A stretch of 64,000 nucleotides of DNA, taken from the sequence record NC_031928.1, one strand, 5' to 3'. Both the position numbers and the translations under genes were made by a program. Source of the DNA: Escherichia phage WG01. Of this stretch, positions 60,769 through 64,000 are shown in pieces (position 1 is the first letter of the stretch; each line of letters starts with the position of its first letter). The notes beneath the pieces were generated by a model. That model saw only the letters and a program-made list of their open reading frames with translations, was not told the DNA's origin and did not search any database.

Positions 60769-63700
60769 ATGGCTACTTTAAAGCAAATCCAATTTAAAAG
60801 AAGTAAAGTAGCCGGTGTACGTCCGGCACCGGCCCAGTTGGCTGAAGGCGAACTGGCTATTAACTTAAAGGACCGTTTACTTTTTACTAAAGACGATACT
60901 GGAGCGATTATCGACCTTGGCTTTGCTAAGGGTGGAAATATCGATGGTAATGTTATTCATAAAGGCAATTACAACCAAACCGGCGATTATACACTTAATG
61001 GTGTATTTACTCAAATTGGTGATTTCAATCTCAATGGTATTGCTCGTGTAACTCGTGACATTATTGCCGCTGGCCAGATAATGACCGAAGGCGGCGAGCT
61101 TATTTCTAAGAGCGCCTCAACTTCTCACCTTCGTTTCTTTGATGGTGATGATCGTGAACGTGGTATTATCTTTTCTCCAAATAATGCGGGTCTTACCAAT
61201 CAAGTAGTTAATATTCGCGTCCAAGATTACGCTGCAGGAAGTGAAAGCACCTACGCGTTTTCAGGCAATGGTGTATTTTCTTCACCAGAAGTTTTTGGGT
61301 GGAAATCTGTATCAACTCCGGTAATTTATACCAATAAAGTTATTACTAATAAAAAGGTTAAAGGTGATTATGACATCTATTCGTTGGCTGACAACACTCC
61401 ATTTGAAGAAGGCGAAACGGCTATTAACCACCTCCGTGTTATGCGAAATGCTGTAGGAGCAGGTATTTTCCACGAAGTTAATGTTAATGACGGAATAACC
61501 TGGTATTCCGGAGATGGCTTAGACACTTATCTTTGGTCGTTTAACTGGGCCGGTGGATTGAAAGCCGGTCATTCTATTTCTGTAGGTCTTCCAGGTGGTT
61601 CTAAAGGATATTCTGAATTAGGAACTGCATCAATTGCTCTTGGTGATAATGACACCGGGTTAAAATGGCACCAAGATGGTTATTTCTTTAGTGTAAACAA
61701 CGGCACAAGAACTTTCCTGAGCGGCCCTGCAGAAACCACCAGTCTTAGAAAAATGGTTATGGGTTATTCTGTAAACGGTACCGATTTAACCACTCCTCCG
61801 TCGGAAAACTATGCTTTGGCGACGGTTGTCACTTATCATGATAATAACGCGTATGGCGACGGTCAAACTCTTTTAGGTTATTATCAAGGTGGCAATTATC
61901 ACCACTATTTCCGTGGTAAAGGTACTACAAACGTTAACACCGCTGGTGGTTTGTTAGTTACTCCGGGTAATATTGATGTTGTTGGCGGTTCGGTTAATAT
62001 TGATGGCCGCAACAATGCTTCTACACTAATGTTCAGAGGAAATACTACAGGAAGTAGTTCAGTTGATAATATGACTATCGCCGTTTGGGGTAATACCTTT
62101 ACTAATGTTGATGGTGACCGTAAAAACGTAATGGAAATATCTGATGCCACTAGTTGGATGTGGTATATTCAGCGCAAAACCGATGACAAAGTTGAAGCCC
62201 ATTTAAACGGTGCCTTACGTGTAAATGGAAGCATCGACGTCGGCAGAGAAGTTAACGTCTCCGGCACTATTGCTGGTAATGCGGTCAATGCTCTTAGAAT
62301 TTGGAACGACGACTACGGTGCCATTTTCCGCCGTTCGGAAGGAAGTCTTCATATTATTCCTACCGCCTTTGGCGAAGGTAAAACTGGTGATATCGGACCA
62401 CTTCGTCCATTTAGTTTGGCATTAGATACTGGTAAGGTTGTTATTCCTGACCTGGATTTGAGTCATACAACTTTTGCTGAAAATGGTTTTATTAAATTTG
62501 GCGGTCATGGTGCAGGTGCAGGTGGTTATGATATTCAATATGCACAAGCAGCTCCTATTTTCCAAGAAATTGATGATGACGCAGTAAGTAAATATTATCC
62601 TATTGTTAAGCAGAAATTCTTACAAGGAAAAGCTGTTTGGTCTTTAGGTACTGAAATTAATTCCGGGACTTTTGTTTTGCATCATTACAAAGAAGACGGG
62701 ACCCAAGGTCATACATCAAGATTTAATGCTGATGGTACAGTTAATTTCCCGGATAACGTACAGGTCGGTGGTGGTGAAGCTACTATTGCTAGAAATGGTA
62801 ATATTTTCTCTGATATTTGGAACGGATTTAATGGTGCAGGTAATATAACTAACATTCGCGATGCCATTGCTACTCGTGTTTCTAAAGAAGGTGACACGAT
62901 GACAGGCCGCTTAACTCTTAAAACCAACTCAGATGCCGTGGTTATTGATTATCCAGCAGATGAAGCAGGTTATGTTAAGGGTAAAAAAGGTGGTGTTGAT
63001 AACTGGTATGTAGGTAATGGTGGTGCTGATAATGGTTTAGCCTTCTGGAGCTTCCAATCCCAAGGCGGTATTAATATTAACCCGAATGGTGAGGTTATTC
63101 TATCTCCACAGGGCACTAGTATATTCAGTATAAACCGCGACCGCATCTATATGAACGGTGCCCACTGGGTTGCGCGTAAATCTGGTGCGTGGGGCGACCA
63201 ATGGGGTTTAGAAGCACCTTATTTCCTTGAGTTTGGTAGCGTGGGTGAAGACAGTTATTATCCCATTATTAAAGGCCGATCTGTAATTAGTGGTCAGGGT
63301 TATACTACTTCTGTTGAATTAGGCATGCGTCGTACTCCACAACAATGGGGACAAGCTATAATTCGTGTTGGCAACGCTGAACGTGGCGACGGTCCCGTAG
63401 GTATTTTCGAATTCCACTCTAGTGGTAGATTTTACTCCCCGTCTTCAGTCCAGACCCCTTCAATTTCTGTCAATACTGATAATGGATTGGGCGCTTCTAG
63501 TATTGCTATTGGTGATAACGACACAGGTTTAGTCCATGGTGGTGACGGCCGAATTAATATGTATGCCAATAGTATGCATATTGCAAGCTGGGGAGCCGGT
63601 TACCATATCCATGAAGGTCTTTGGGATACCACTGGTGCCTTGTGGACTGAAACAGGAAGAGCTATTATTTCTTTTGGTCATTTAGTCCAACAAAACGATA

Positions 63701-64000
63701 GCTATTCAACATTTGTTCGTGACGTTTATGTTCGTTCTGATATTCGTGTTAAAAAAGACCTTGTTAAATTTGAAAATGCTTCACAGACACTTTCAAAAAT
63801 TAACGGTTACACTTATATGCAGAAACGTGGCCTGGATGAAGAAGGTAATCAGAAATGGGAACCTAATGCCGGTTTAATTGCTCAAGAAGTTCAAGCTATT
63901 TTACCTGAATTGGTTGAAGGCGACCCTGACGGTGAAGCTTTACTTCGTTTAAACTATAACGGTGTAATTGGTTTAAATACAGCTGCAATCAATGAGCACA
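60769..64000 (+). CDS. 37: long tail fibre distal subunit, large (3' end beyond window)
   Basis: Absent from ORF track because no stop is reached; ATG 60769, frame hand-checked open to 64000; N-terminus MATLKQIQFKRSK... matches recalled T4 gp37. Confidence 0.85.
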   Translation, partial: MATLKQIQFKRSKVAGVRPAPAQLAEGELAINLKDRLLFTKDDTGAIIDLGFAKGGNIDGNVIHKGNYNQTGDYTLNGVFTQIGDFNLNGIARVTRDIIAAGQIMTEGGELISKSASTSHLRFFDGDDRERGIIFSPNNAGLTNQVVNIRVQDYAAGSESTYAFSGNGVFSSPEVFGWKSVSTPVIYTNKVITNKKVKGDYDIYSLADNTPFEEGETAINHLRVMRNAVGAGIFHEVNVNDGITWYSGDGLDTYLWSFNWAGGLKAGHSISVGLPGGSKGYSELGTASIALGDNDTGLKWHQDGYFFSVNNGTRTFLSGPAETTSLRKMVMGYSVNGTDLTTPPSENYALATVVTYHDNNAYGDGQTLLGYYQGGNYHHYFRGKGTTNVNTAGGLLVTPGNIDVVGGSVNIDGRNNASTLMFRGNTTGSSSVDNMTIAVWGNTFTNVDGDRKNVMEISDATSWMWYIQRKTDDKVEAHLNGALRVNGSIDVGREVNVSGTIAGNAVNALRIWNDDYGAIFRRSEGSLHIIPTAFGEGKTGDIGPLRPFSLALDTGKVVIPDLDLSHTTFAENGFIKFGGHGAGAGGYDIQYAQAAPIFQEIDDDAVSKYYPIVKQKFLQGKAVWSLGTEINSGTFVLHHYKEDGTQGHTSRFNADGTVNFPDNVQVGGGEATIARNGNIFSDIWNGFNGAGNITNIRDAIATRVSKEGDTMTGRLTLKTNSDAVVIDYPADEAGYVKGKKGGVDNWYVGNGGADNGLAFWSFQSQGGININPNGEVILSPQGTSIFSINRDRIYMNGAHWVARKSGAWGDQWGLEAPYFLEFGSVGEDSYYPIIKGRSVISGQGYTTSVELGMRRTPQQWGQAIIRVGNAERGDGPVGIFEFHSSGRFYSPSSVQTPSISVNTDNGLGASSIAIGDNDTGLVHGGDGRINMYANSMHIASWGAGYHIHEGLWDTTGALWTETGRAIISFGHLVQQNDSYSTFVRDVYVRSDIRVKKDLVKFENASQTLSKINGYTYMQKRGLDEEGNQKWEPNAGLIAQEVQAILPELVEGDPDGEALLRLNYNGVIGLNTAAINEH

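Overview
This window is a gene-dense segment of a T4-like (T-even type) myovirus genome, related to but not identical to coliphage T4 (proteins are recognisably homologous to T4 gene products but diverged). All identifications are from reading the sequence and recalled T4 gene products; no database search was run. Layout: 3' end of large terminase gene 17, then the plus-strand late block 18-19-20-67-68-21-22-23-24 (with a second, translationally coupled gp24 paralog); minus-strand rnlB, a small ORF, hoc, inh; plus-strand uvsW/uvsW.1; minus-strand uvsY and baseplate 25-26; plus-strand baseplate hub genes 51-27-28-29-48-54; then a ~30 kb minus-strand early block (three tandem Alt-like ADP-ribosyltransferases, DNA ligase 30, HAD-like and NADAR-like proteins, many small coupled ORFs, rIII, 31, cd, pseT, spanin pair, rnlA, denA, nrdB, nrdA, td, frd, 32, 59, 33, dsbA, rnh); finally long-tail-fibre genes 34-35-36 and the first ~3.2 kb of 37, which runs off the window and is missing from the ORF track. 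Late promoters (TATAAATA), sigma70-like early promoter cassettes, one MotA-box middle promoter and many GC-rich tetraloop hairpins are visible. No rRNA, tRNA, CRISPR array, transposase, group I intron or homing endonuclease was seen. I did not find a clearly foreign multi-gene system; the most unusual content is the Alt triplication, the NADAR gene in that neighbourhood, the gp24 paralog, the repeated promoter cassettes in front of small early ORFs, and a gp37 with an intramolecular-chaperone-type C-terminus. The ORF track appears to accept non-ATG starts, so several starts were moved to internal ATGs with a Shine-Dalgarno sequence or stop/start coupling.
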